This document shows, piece after piece, positions 1-9,200 of a stretch of DNA of 64,000 nucleotides. Below the pieces are notes generated by a model. That model did not search any database and had not been told where the DNA came from. It was given only the letters and a program-made list of their open reading frames with translations. The number at the start of each line of letters is the position of its first letter. The first letter of the stretch is position 1. Position numbers and translations under genes: made by a program. The stretch spans positions 25,471 to 89,470 of the forward strand of contig JAIUNT010000001.1 of assembly GCA_020161545.1 (NCBI GenBank). The letters are read 5' to 3'. This stretch comes from Pseudomonadota bacterium. Lineage in GTDB: Bacteria > Pseudomonadota > Alphaproteobacteria > Caedimonadales > UBA1908.

Positions 1-132
1 TTTGTGCAAGCGGCACAGGAAAGTATTCGCATAAGTTTATCCCCACACACGCCAATTCATGTTATAGAGTCCTTTATTACGGTGTGGCGCACCCTTTATG
101 GGCGCGTTCAAAACAATAAGAGAGTGTCATGA
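1..132 (+). CDS. 3' end of a class-V aminotransferase / cysteine-desulfurase-like gene (5' part outside the window)
   Basis: Frame 1 is open from base 1 and reads ...[40 protein letters not shown], ending at TGA 130-132. The stop overlaps the iscS ATG as ATGA. The IRISLS..T segment resembles the C-terminal strand of NifS/IscS-type enzymes. Only 43 codons are visible. Confidence 0.35.
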   Translation, partial: FVQAAQESIRISLSPHTPIHVIESFITVWRTLYGRVQNNKRVS

Positions 133-1367
133 CCTGCCAAATTGCCCAAGGTGCTGATCGCCCCATCTATCTTGATTATCAAGCTACAACGCCCTGTGAC
201 AGGCGTGTTGTGGACGCGATGATGCCTTACCTAACCCAAGAGTTTGGAAATCCCCACTCCAGCACCCATGGCTATGGATGGCGGGCCCTTGCCGCCGTTG
301 AAGAGGCACGCGCACAGGTGGCAGCCTCCATTGGTGCAGGCCCTAAGGAAATCGTCTTCACATCAGGCGCAACCGAGGCCAATAACCTTGCCATTAAGGG
401 CGTCATGGGCTTTTACAAAGACATTGGCAAGACCCACTTTATTACTGCTCAAACGGAACACAAGTGCGTCCTCAACAGCGCCAGACGCCTTGAGCGAGAA
501 GGCTTTACCGTCACCTACTTGCCCGTTGACACAAATGGACTCATCCGCATTGAGGACTTAGAGGCGGCCATCACGCCCGCCACAGCCCTTGTCAGCATCA
601 TGGGGGTCAACAACGAGATTGGCGTCATTCAACCCCTCAAAGAAATCGGCGCGCTATGCCGCCAAAGGGGTGTGTTCTTCCATACGGACTGTGCCCAAGC
701 CCTGGGCAAAATCCCCCTGGATGTGGACGAGATGAACATTGACCTTATGAGTCTTTCTTCCCACAAGATCTATGGCCCTAAGGGCGTGGGCGCACTTTAT
801 GTGCGCCGCAAGCCCCGGGTGCGCCTTATGCCCCTCATGGACGGCGGCGGACAAGAGCGCGGCATGCGCTCTGGCACTTTGGCACCGTTCTTGTGCGTGG
901 GTTTCGGGCACGCATGCCACATTGCCATCCAAGAAATGCCAGCGGAAAACGCGCGGCTTCTTGGTCTTCGTGACCGGTTCCTTGCGCGTATACGCGCCCA
1001 TGTACCCGACGCGGTCCTGAACGGTGACTTAAACGCCCGCGTTCCCGGCAACCTGAATGTGAGCTTTGCCTACGTTGAAGGTGAAGGCCTAATGATGGGC
1101 ATTAAGGATTTGGCGCTGTCCTCAGGCTCTGCCTGCACGTCCGACTCTTTGGAGCCATCCTATGTGCTGCGCGCCCTTGGCGTGGATGACGGTCTGATTC
1201 ATACCTCCTTGCGCATAGGTCTGGGACGATTTACAACCGAAGAAGAGGTTGACTACGCGGCGCAGCGCATTGCACAAACAGTCCTTAAACTGCGCGAGAT
1301 GAGCCCCCTTTGGGAAATGGTGCAAGAGGGTATCGATTTAAAAACCATTGAGTGGAACGCACACTAA
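129..1367 (+). CDS. iscS: cysteine desulfurase IscS
   Basis: 412 aa. It has the PLP-lysine motif [17 protein letters not shown], the active-site loop SSGSACTS, and an [11 protein letters not shown]-terminus. It heads an iscU-iscA-hscB-hscA operon. Confidence 0.95.
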   Translation: MTCQIAQGADRPIYLDYQATTPCDRRVVDAMMPYLTQEFGNPHSSTHGYGWRALAAVEEARAQVAASIGAGPKEIVFTSGATEANNLAIKGVMGFYKDIGKTHFITAQTEHKCVLNSARRLEREGFTVTYLPVDTNGLIRIEDLEAAITPATALVSIMGVNNEIGVIQPLKEIGALCRQRGVFFHTDCAQALGKIPLDVDEMNIDLMSLSSHKIYGPKGVGALYVRRKPRVRLMPLMDGGGQERGMRSGTLAPFLCVGFGHACHIAIQEMPAENARLLGLRDRFLARIRAHVPDAVLNGDLNARVPGNLNVSFAYVEGEGLMMGIKDLALSSGSACTSDSLEPSYVLRALGVDDGLIHTSLRIGLGRFTTEEEVDYAAQRIAQTVLKLREMSPLWEMVQEGIDLKTIEWNAH

Positions 1368-1397
1368 AACGCGCGGCGCAACCGAAGGAAGAAAAAC

Positions 1398-1796
1398 ATG
1401 GATTACAGCAAAAAAGTCGTTGATCACTATGAGAACCCTCGCAATGTGGGCGCCCTTGATAAAAATGATGCACGGGTTGGTACTGGCCTTGTGGGTGCGC
1501 CTGCGTGCGGTGACGTCATGAAACTGCAAATTCAAGTCAGCGATGAAGGTATCATTGAGGACGTGAAGTTCAAAACCTTTGGATGCGGCTCAGCCATTGC
1601 TTCAAGCTCCCTTGCAACGGAAATGGTAAAGGGCAAAACCCTCGACGAGGCGCTCCAAATCAAGAACGTAGACATTGCGGCGAGTCTTGCACTGCCGCCT
1701 GTAAAACTGCACTGCTCAGTCCTAGCGGAAGACGCCATTCGCGCCGCCATTGAGGACTATCAAAACAAAAACGCTCACCTAAGCAAGGCCGGCTAA
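1398..1796 (+). CDS. iscU: Fe-S cluster scaffold protein IscU
   Basis: 132 aa with the three scaffold cysteines in GAPACGDVMKL, FKTFGCGSAIASS and PPVKLHCSVLAEDA. Confidence 0.95.
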   Translation: MDYSKKVVDHYENPRNVGALDKNDARVGTGLVGAPACGDVMKLQIQVSDEGIIEDVKFKTFGCGSAIASSSLATEMVKGKTLDEALQIKNVDIAASLALPPVKLHCSVLAEDAIRAAIEDYQNKNAHLSKAG

Positions 1797-1801
1797 ATTC
1801 C

Positions 1802-2146
1802 ATGGACGCGCCCAAGAAAAGCCTGTTCACCCTAACAGACGCGGCAAGAGACCGCGTGAAGCTTCTTTTGGCCAGTCGTGGCAAGGAAAGCGCCGGCATT
1901 CGTGTGGGCGTGCGCACAAAGGGCTGTAACGGTCTTGCCTATACCCTTGAGTTTGTGGACGAGCCCACACCAGGAGACGAATGCGTGAAGGATGGGGACG
2001 TGACCATTTACATAGACCCCAAGGCCGTTCTTTTTGTGGTGGGCACCCAGATGGATTTTGTGGAAGGCGAGCTTGAGTCGGGCTTTCTTTTCAAGAATCC
2101 CAACGAGAAGGGACGTTGCGGATGCGGAGAGTCCTTCCGTGTCTGA
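1802..2146 (+). CDS. iscA: A-type Fe-S carrier protein (IscA/HesB family)
   Basis: 114 aa with GCNGLAY and the C-terminal GCGCGESF motif. Operon position is after iscU. Confidence 0.9.
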   Translation: MDAPKKSLFTLTDAARDRVKLLLASRGKESAGIRVGVRTKGCNGLAYTLEFVDEPTPGDECVKDGDVTIYIDPKAVLFVVGTQMDFVEGELESGFLFKNPNEKGRCGCGESFRV

Positions 2147-2612
2147 CCCCTTCACGCTTTTGGGAATTGAGCCAGGCTTCTTCCTTGAACGCGCGGCCCT
2201 GGACACCCATTTGCGCCAAGCACTCTCTTTTTGTCATCCAGACCGCTTCGCAGGACACAGTGAGGCCCTCAGGCGAGAGGCTGAGGAAAAATCCTGCGCC
2301 TTGACCCAAGCCTTTGCGGATCTCAAAGACCCCATCAAACGCGCGCACTGTCTTCTAGCGCACCTTGGACACACGGGCGATCTGCCCACCATGGAAGCGG
2401 CCTTTCTCGCCGAAAGCATGCTACTTCAAGAGGAGATTGAAGAAGATCCACGCGCCCTCATGCCGCTCCTGAGAAACCGCTTGTGTGAAATGGAAGACTT
2501 TTTAGAGCAAGCTTTTCACGCCCGCGATAAGGATGCCTTTGCCCGTCATCTTGGACACTATCTCGTTTTCAAACGCCTTGAGGAACATGCCCATGCTGCT
2601 GCAACTGCTTGA
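2139..2612 (+). CDS. hscB: co-chaperone HscB (J-domain protein)
   Basis: J-domain signature DPFTLLGIEPGF...LSFCHPDRF...LKDPIKRA. The ORF track begins at 2034 inside iscA. I place the start at in-frame GTG 2139, which overlaps the iscA stop by 8 nt. The start is uncertain. Confidence 0.75.
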   Translation: MSDPFTLLGIEPGFFLERAALDTHLRQALSFCHPDRFAGHSEALRREAEEKSCALTQAFADLKDPIKRAHCLLAHLGHTGDLPTMEAAFLAESMLLQEEIEEDPRALMPLLRNRLCEMEDFLEQAFHARDKDAFARHLGHYLVFKRLEEHAHAAATA

Positions 2613-4044
2613 GCCAGGACAAAGCACAAACGAAACAACATCACCCCATAAAGTTGCCGTTGGTATTGACCTTGGTACAACCCACAGCTTAGTGGCCATG
2701 GTCAAGGACGGCAAGCCTGTAACGCTCACACTCAACCATGGGCATGTGCTTATGCCGTCGGCAGTCTACACCCAGGATGGGCACGTTTTGACAGGTCACG
2801 AAGCCCTTGAAAAAGGCGCCCAGAACCCAGCTGCTCTCCTGACCTCCTTCAAGCGTTTCATGGGGGACACAAAGCACCCAGAGGAAAACAAAGATGCACT
2901 CTATGCCTCCGCTAAGATTCTCGCGTGTTTGAAAAGGCGCGCCGAAGAGGCCCTCGGACACGGCGTTTCCCGGGCGGTTATCACGGTGCCTGCCTACTTC
3001 TCGGAAGCCGCACGTAGCGCCACACGCCAGGCAGCACAGCTTGCAGGTATCGATGTCCTGCGCCTTGTGAGCGAGCCCACGGCAGCAGCCCTTGCCTATG
3101 GCCTGGAAAAAAGCGCCCAGGGTCTTTACCTTGTGTACGACCTGGGAGGCGGCACCTTTGACGTCTCTCTTTTGCGTTTGGAGGGGGAGGTCTTCCAAGT
3201 CATCGGCACAGCTGGAGATACAAACCTCGGAGGGGATACCTTTGACGCCCTTTTGGCCGCGCACCTTGAGGCTGGTTTTGGGGAGATGGACGAGGCCCAT
3301 CAGAAAAGCTGCATGCGCCGCGTGCGCACCCTTCGCGAGACCTTGTCCAATGAAACACGCGTTTCATACGGCGACAAAACCCTTACCCGCGACCAGTTTG
3401 AGGCGCTTATTGCCCACCATGTTAACCATACCCTGGCCCTTGTGGAACGCGTCCTTTCGGAGGCCCACGTGGAGGCAAACGCCCTCCAAGGCATCATCCT
3501 TGTGGGAGGCGCCACCCGCACACCCCTCATCCGCAAAAGCCTAGAGGCACGCAGCCAGGCGCCTGTCTTGGGAGACATGGATCCTGACCATGTGGTTGCC
3601 TGGGGCGCAGCCCTACAGGCGCATGCCCTGTCCAGTGGCTCAGGCCCCCTTCTCATGGACGTGCTGGCCTTGTCCCTGGGACTGGAGACCATGGGGGGAG
3701 GCGTGGAAGTGCTCTTGCCCCGCAACAGCCCCCTGCCCATCTCCAAGACCCAAAGCTTCACAACTTTCCAGGATGGACAAGCGGCGATCCTCATCCACGT
3801 GGTTCAGGGTGAGGCGCAAAATACCAAGGACTGCCGCACCCTCACACGCTTTGAGGTGTCGGGTCTGCCGCCCGTGCCTGCGGGCATGGTGCGCCTCCAG
3901 GTGCGCTTTACCATGGACGTGGACGGGCTTCTCACCATCACCGCCAAGGAAAAATCCCAGGAGCTTTTCCAGGAGGTCAGCCTCAAGCCCACCCACGGGT
4001 TGTCCCTGGATGACATGGTCGCCCTTCTTGCACGCAACGGATAA
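2587..4044 (+). CDS. hscA: Fe-S chaperone HscA (Hsp70 family), short form lacking the C-terminal helical lid
   Basis: The N-terminus MPMLLQLLEPG....VAVGIDLGTTHSLVA parallels E. coli MALLQISEPG...AAGIDLGTTNSLVA. Other motifs are DLGGGTFDVS and ILVGGATRTP. The protein ends shortly after KPTHGLSLDDMVALL. An alternative ATG lies at 2593. Confidence 0.85.
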   Translation: MPMLLQLLEPGQSTNETTSPHKVAVGIDLGTTHSLVAMVKDGKPVTLTLNHGHVLMPSAVYTQDGHVLTGHEALEKGAQNPAALLTSFKRFMGDTKHPEENKDALYASAKILACLKRRAEEALGHGVSRAVITVPAYFSEAARSATRQAAQLAGIDVLRLVSEPTAAALAYGLEKSAQGLYLVYDLGGGTFDVSLLRLEGEVFQVIGTAGDTNLGGDTFDALLAAHLEAGFGEMDEAHQKSCMRRVRTLRETLSNETRVSYGDKTLTRDQFEALIAHHVNHTLALVERVLSEAHVEANALQGIILVGGATRTPLIRKSLEARSQAPVLGDMDPDHVVAWGAALQAHALSSGSGPLLMDVLALSLGLETMGGGVEVLLPRNSPLPISKTQSFTTFQDGQAAILIHVVQGEAQNTKDCRTLTRFEVSGLPPVPAGMVRLQVRFTMDVDGLLTITAKEKSQELFQEVSLKPTHGLSLDDMVALLARNG

Positions 4045-4148
4045 AAGAGGCCACGTGGCGCGCTGTGTCGCGACCATCTCGCGACGCGCAAATGCGCCTT
4101 CTTTTCTGCCAAACACACTCACAAAAAATATCAACTCAGGACGATAAT

Positions 4149-5936
4149 ATGACAATGCGTTACCTTTCCCTGATGGGGTTTTTATCAATTTCATTTTTGG
4201 CAACACCGCCGGCCATGGCAACAGCACGCGCAGCGCATCTGGATCTTGACCTGCGCACGGTCATGAATCCGCATGGGGTCACACATGATGAGTGGCAAGC
4301 CATGTTTGAAGATGTGAGATCCTCTATAAAGGAACAGGAACCGGGCGTAAACGCATTTATTGATCTTTTTAATGGTTACTTCGCAACACTTCAACCAACC
4401 GCATTGGAGGAACATAAAGAGAAATATAGCCAATCCCATGGCAAAGACCTCGTCACGCATCGCCCCCGTGTGCAGCTCCACGACCTCCCTTCAAGAGAAT
4501 CTGTTGAGGACGTCATAAAGGCCCTTTCATGGGTCTGGGACATGCGCCTTTTTCTGATTGCGCACGTTGACGGCTTGTATTTTGAATCCACAGAACCAAT
4601 CGTCACTCTTCTTTCAACGTGCAGAGTACTTTTAAACGCATTTAAGACACCCCTTACACCCCTGCAATGTACACACGCAGATATGGCCCACGGCACAGGC
4701 ATCAAAGGAAAGGGCGCAAGCGTGATCATTATCGAAGATTCACTTATCTCTGATCACGCTTTTTTGCAAGCAAGTAAACGCATACGCATTGATTCATCCG
4801 GTAACGCCCTTAACTGTGAGGAAGCACCAAACCACGGCGCCCATGTCACAGGGATCGTCCATCAAATTGCCCCTGAGGCTGATATTTTGGTGATGCGCCA
4901 TGCCACAGAAACCCTCCTCTTGGCAACATCAACAAAAATCATCAACACGTCTTATGCGGAAATGCTCCCAACGTTTCATCTCCTTTTAGACAAAGAAAAG
5001 AAACCGTTACAAGACGTCATAGCCACAGACAGCCGCCATGGGGCCCTCCATTTTCACCCAGCACTTTTGTGGGCGATCAACAAAGAGATACAAGGTAAAA
5101 AGAGGCAAGACGATTGCTTTGTGTACATCACACAGCTCGCATCACCTAACGGCACGGATGATGCAAACACAGTCATGGCAAAAGCTGCCCAACAAAGCTT
5201 CGATGACGCACAGGAACAGCTTCATAAGTACGTTAAGCTCTTTCAAGGAAAATTAAGGATTTTAAGCTTTGGTAATTTGTACGAGCAAGAAGAATGGCGC
5301 TACTACGCGCTACCCTCACTTGTGACAGAAGATACCTTTTTAAATCAAACAATTCTTGTGATAAATGTCACGCGTGAAAATAGACTTTTTCCCTCAAGCA
5401 ATCGCCCCGATGAAACGCTTAAGGAACTGATGCAAGATGTTATGGAGAAAGGCGGCATCCAGGATACGCGTGTCATTGACCAGCAGCTGGGTAAGGTTCA
5501 AGAAGCGAGCCTGTGTGCAGTGGGCACACATGTGTGGTCTGCTAGTGCGCATAGCAGCTATGAATGGCACACAGGAACGTCCATGGCAGCGCCCATGGTG
5601 ACGGGAGTCGCGGCCCTCATTGAGGGGGAACATCCAGACTTTTGCGCAAATGACATTCGGGAGTGTCTTCTCTATTCAGCCAAACGTACGTTTGTTATTG
5701 GCGAGGGTGAGAGCGCTGTCCATGTTGTGGATTTGCCGCAAGATCAGATTCAACGCTTAAGGGAGGAAGAACGCAGAGGACGAGAATACGCCGCTTTTGA
5801 TCCCGCTCAATATGGCAGAGGGATCCTGGACGCCCACGCAGCCCTTCAATACGCATCCTTCAAAGCGGCCCATCCCAGCGCCCCAATTGATGTTATTGTC
5901 CATATGATGCAAGGGTGGGCACAAACAAGGGATTAG
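4149..5936 (+). CDS. secreted subtilisin-like serine protease (peptidase S8)
   Basis: The catalytic triad motifs are VIIIEDS (Asp codon 4737), NHGAHVTGIV (His codon 4833) and GTSMAAPMVTGVAALI (Ser codon 5580). The start is set at ATG 4149, which gives the signal peptide MTMRYLSLMGFLSISFLATPPAMA. The ORF track start at 4065 lacks one. Confidence 0.85.
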   Translation: MTMRYLSLMGFLSISFLATPPAMATARAAHLDLDLRTVMNPHGVTHDEWQAMFEDVRSSIKEQEPGVNAFIDLFNGYFATLQPTALEEHKEKYSQSHGKDLVTHRPRVQLHDLPSRESVEDVIKALSWVWDMRLFLIAHVDGLYFESTEPIVTLLSTCRVLLNAFKTPLTPLQCTHADMAHGTGIKGKGASVIIIEDSLISDHAFLQASKRIRIDSSGNALNCEEAPNHGAHVTGIVHQIAPEADILVMRHATETLLLATSTKIINTSYAEMLPTFHLLLDKEKKPLQDVIATDSRHGALHFHPALLWAINKEIQGKKRQDDCFVYITQLASPNGTDDANTVMAKAAQQSFDDAQEQLHKYVKLFQGKLRILSFGNLYEQEEWRYYALPSLVTEDTFLNQTILVINVTRENRLFPSSNRPDETLKELMQDVMEKGGIQDTRVIDQQLGKVQEASLCAVGTHVWSASAHSSYEWHTGTSMAAPMVTGVAALIEGEHPDFCANDIRECLLYSAKRTFVIGEGESAVHVVDLPQDQIQRLREEERRGREYAAFDPAQYGRGILDAHAALQYASFKAAHPSAPIDVIVHMMQGWAQTRD

Positions 5937-6054
5937 GGACCAACACCATCACCCTTAAAAAGGATGTATAGCGAGAACAGTTTCATTTGATAACAGGATA
6001 CGAGGAAAGCGACGTGCATAGGTATAGCAAAACACCTATAAAATGATAGCGCAT

Positions 6055-6226
6055 GAGCATTTAAAATCAGTATTAGGAAGGCGAGGGTAAGCCGCGTGGA
6101 GCTTATAGAGACATAAGTGAGCACGGCTTATCCCGACGCCTGACGACATAATCATTTTAAAGGGTATGCGCTATATACACGAGCGACGAGTGACGCATTA
6201 TCACACTATAAAGGTTCGGCTATACA
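6055..6226. repeat. intergenic repeat family, copy A (full length: left + central + right modules)
   Basis: The left and central modules align with 23771-23892. The left and right modules align with 56353-56449. The right module 6187-6224 matches 56412-56449 at 35 of 38 positions. The repeat lies in a convergent gene gap. Confidence 0.65.
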
Positions 6227-9200
6227 CTATGTCTCCTCCCAGATAATGTCATAGGGGGTCATATAAAGGCGCCTACCTGGCTTGTCCCGATCTTCGGGGT
6301 CCAGGATACCGCCGTCAGGATGACGTAAAATCTCCCACTCAGATTTACGCCCTCGCAGATGTGAATGCGGATTTTGAATAAGAACATTTTTAATATGATC
6401 AGGAATGAGCGTGAGATTCACGTGAGTCCCTTGAATGAAAAGTGTCGAAATTTGTTCTATTCTCAAAAGATCCATCAAACCCTTTTGCCCGAGGTATCGC
6501 CCCTCAATCTCAAGTATTTTCAGATTCGGAAAATGATCTTCTAGTCCACGCAGCGCAACAGGCGCGTAACTGAGATAAGCGTCGTCCAATATCAATGTTT
6601 CAACGGCAGGCATATCCTCAGTAAAGGAAATCTCATCTCCTCTTTCAAGACCGGTAGGAGATCTTAAGCTGAGCGTTTTAAGCTCCTTGAAATGTCCCAA
6701 ACCAGACGTCTTTGTTTTCCCTGGGTTTAAAGTCAATGCTTCAAGGCTCCAATTGTCGCCCTCGACAACCAATTCTTTGACATTGGTGCGTGACAGATTA
6801 AGCTCATCTATCTGCAAGTGATGAACACCTTCAATGGTCTCAAGCTGCTCAGGCATGAACATCCAGTTATCTTTCGGAAAAAAGGACCCATGCGCTCGCA
6901 GCGCTTGCAGTTGGGATTCAGAGTGGATGTTCATCGAGGGACGCGCGACCAAATGCTCAAGGCCCGTCACTTCTTTGGTGCGCACAGGGATAGAAAGTTT
7001 CTCTAACTGCGGCATGTCTTGTGTGATGCTGATCCGTTCAATGGGAAACTCCAACAACTCAAGGGTCTTGGCGCCCTTAAAAACACTGATATCCAGCTGT
7101 AAATGATCAGCAGTGGACGACGTAGGCTTACCTGAGAGCGTCTTAACACTGGCAAAGGCCAAAGGAAGACGCGCGGTCTTGGCTGCAAGTTGTATAAGAC
7201 TGGGGGAAATCTGATCAACTGAAGCCCTATCACGCCATGTAAACTCCTTGAGTAGACCCGCAAGGGTGTGATCAAGGGTCCCCATGACCTCGTCACTGTA
7301 AGACGCTAAATCTCCTGCCAAAAGACCGAGCACAAAGGCTGTAATATGACTGTTCCCTTCAAAGTCATGACCCATGAGGCTGGAAAAGAGACTTTCTTTT
7401 TGCGCAAGATGCGGGTCCATTGCACTTGCAAAAGAAATCAAACTTGATTCCACACTGCCTTGTGGAACAAGATTTTGATCCTCTAAAAGAGCTTTTAGCT
7501 TTTGAGTGTATACAGGCCCAATGTCATTTTCTTTGGCAAGTTTGAGTTTTGAAATCTCCCCATGCCCCCGATCCATATCAAGGGTAAATTTAAATGCATC
7601 GTTCACAGAAATAGAAAGCTTTCCATAAAGACGCTCACCGTCTAAATAGTGACGACTTGAAATGCGATACGTGTGATGGGGATTCAAAAATGTGAGGAGT
7701 TTATCAAACTGCTCCTCTAACCATGCTCCATGTGGCGACTCTTCAGCATATGAGTTTTGCTCCCATACTTCTAACGCTTCATACCATGCCTCTTCTTCAT
7801 CAGAATTTTGAAATTCTGGAGGATTTTTATATGGGTTCTCAGGCGTCTTAAAAGGCGTCAAGCCAAAGCCCAAAATCTTCTCAAAAACATTCAAGATATT
7901 CTCAAAATCTGTCTCAAGATCATGGGTACCGGCCCCTGAATTTTTGATATCGCTCCCATAACGAATGACGGAATCTGACTGTGTGGACGTACTTGCGCCT
8001 GTGTGCCCTTCTGGAAGATGATTTAAATCCCCCACAACACGGTTCCACAAAGAACGCATGGCGGGAGAACCTGATTTGGCCGTGTGCACATCGGACTGAA
8101 TTTGAAAAAAATCGAAGAGATGTTGAATATAGGGGTTCTGAATGCCTTTACTTTTCAGGTGATCTAGATCAAATTTGTGCGTTTTCTGATCATAGAGAAT
8201 AAAGTTAAAGATATGGCGGATGGTCATTTCCCCGCAATCTGCAAAATGCTTCTTGGAGACTTCTAACCGCCCGTCCTGGGAAAGAGGTGCAATACGCAGA
8301 AAATCGGCCACCCCGTCTTGACGCGCACGCAAAGAAATAAGCCCCTGAATGTCCTGTAACGCGCCTTTAGGGGCGTAAAATGAATCATTGGCGCGGTCAT
8401 AAACCCATGCTCTTCCGTTACTCAGTACGTTTGTGTAGGGAACGCTCGTACCCTTTGTCAACCTCACAAGGTTGTAAATATCATCCAGATCAAAGGCAGA
8501 GTCTTGAGGACCATCTTGCTTTTCCATGAGGAGGGCGAGATCTTTTTCGTCATCAAATAAATTGCTGCCATGGGGATTGGTGAAGGTGTCCTCAATAATT
8601 TTATTTTCAGCGGACTGAAGGCGTTGCATCTCTTCCATGTAACCCCAAAGATCTTCCTGTTTGTCAAAATGGAAGCACAAAAAACCAAGGATGACTTGCT
8701 CAATGGTATGAACCGGCGCAAGCGTTTTGATCTCTTGTGCATCATTGGCAACGGCTGTGCCCGACGAAGAGGGAGCCGCACCCGAAGAAGACGCGCCTGT
8801 GACATCAGGAGAGGGAGAGCGAGTCTCTCTTTTTTTGGGCGCACGCACAGGTTGCGCGGGCAAAGGCGAGGCACTTACTTCCTCATGGGAAACGGCAAGG
8901 GCTATGTCAGCGAGAAATGGATTGAGGTGCGCGCTAGAGAACTCTTGATAAGAAAGGCTTTCCTTTATGCGCTGACCATAGCTTTTCTTAAGCTCCTCAA
9001 GGCGTTTTTGATGCGCCTTGGTGACTCTTCCCTCATCCAAGGCACTGTATTTTTCAGTCAAACGCAAGGTTGAGACTTGCGCTAGGTGATTTTGGATCGC
9101 AGTGCGCACGTCTTCCACATAACACATTAAAAGAGCAACTGTTTTTGGGCTTTCAACATAGTTTGAAAAGTGCTGATGATTTGTGTCACCTCCCACAGTG

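Noticed and set aside
2689-3300. Long antisense ORFs inside well-supported genes. Examples are 2689-3300(-), 3640-4227(-), 26270-27031(-), 28213-28791(-), 39302-39865(-), 53480-54172(-), 57101-57643(-) and 57686-58324(-).
   Set aside because: Each lies opposite a gene with strong family motifs (hscA, plsX, fdxA, the P-type ATPase, rnr, proS). Their translations are Arg/Gly/His/Pro-rich with no motifs. This is typical of shadow ORFs in GC-rich coding DNA.
5933-6124. A 63-aa hydrophobic minus-strand ORF in the 5937-6226 gap.
   Set aside because: It lies in A/T-rich intergenic DNA that is part of the repeat family. It has no RBS, and its sequence is not conserved as protein in the other repeat copies.
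8225-8254. The KKHFADCGEM motif in the LRR giant, considered as a possible papain-like or deubiquitinase catalytic cysteine.
   Set aside because: I cannot place matching His/Asp residues or name a protease clan from the sequence alone. It is left as a target for profile searches, not a call.
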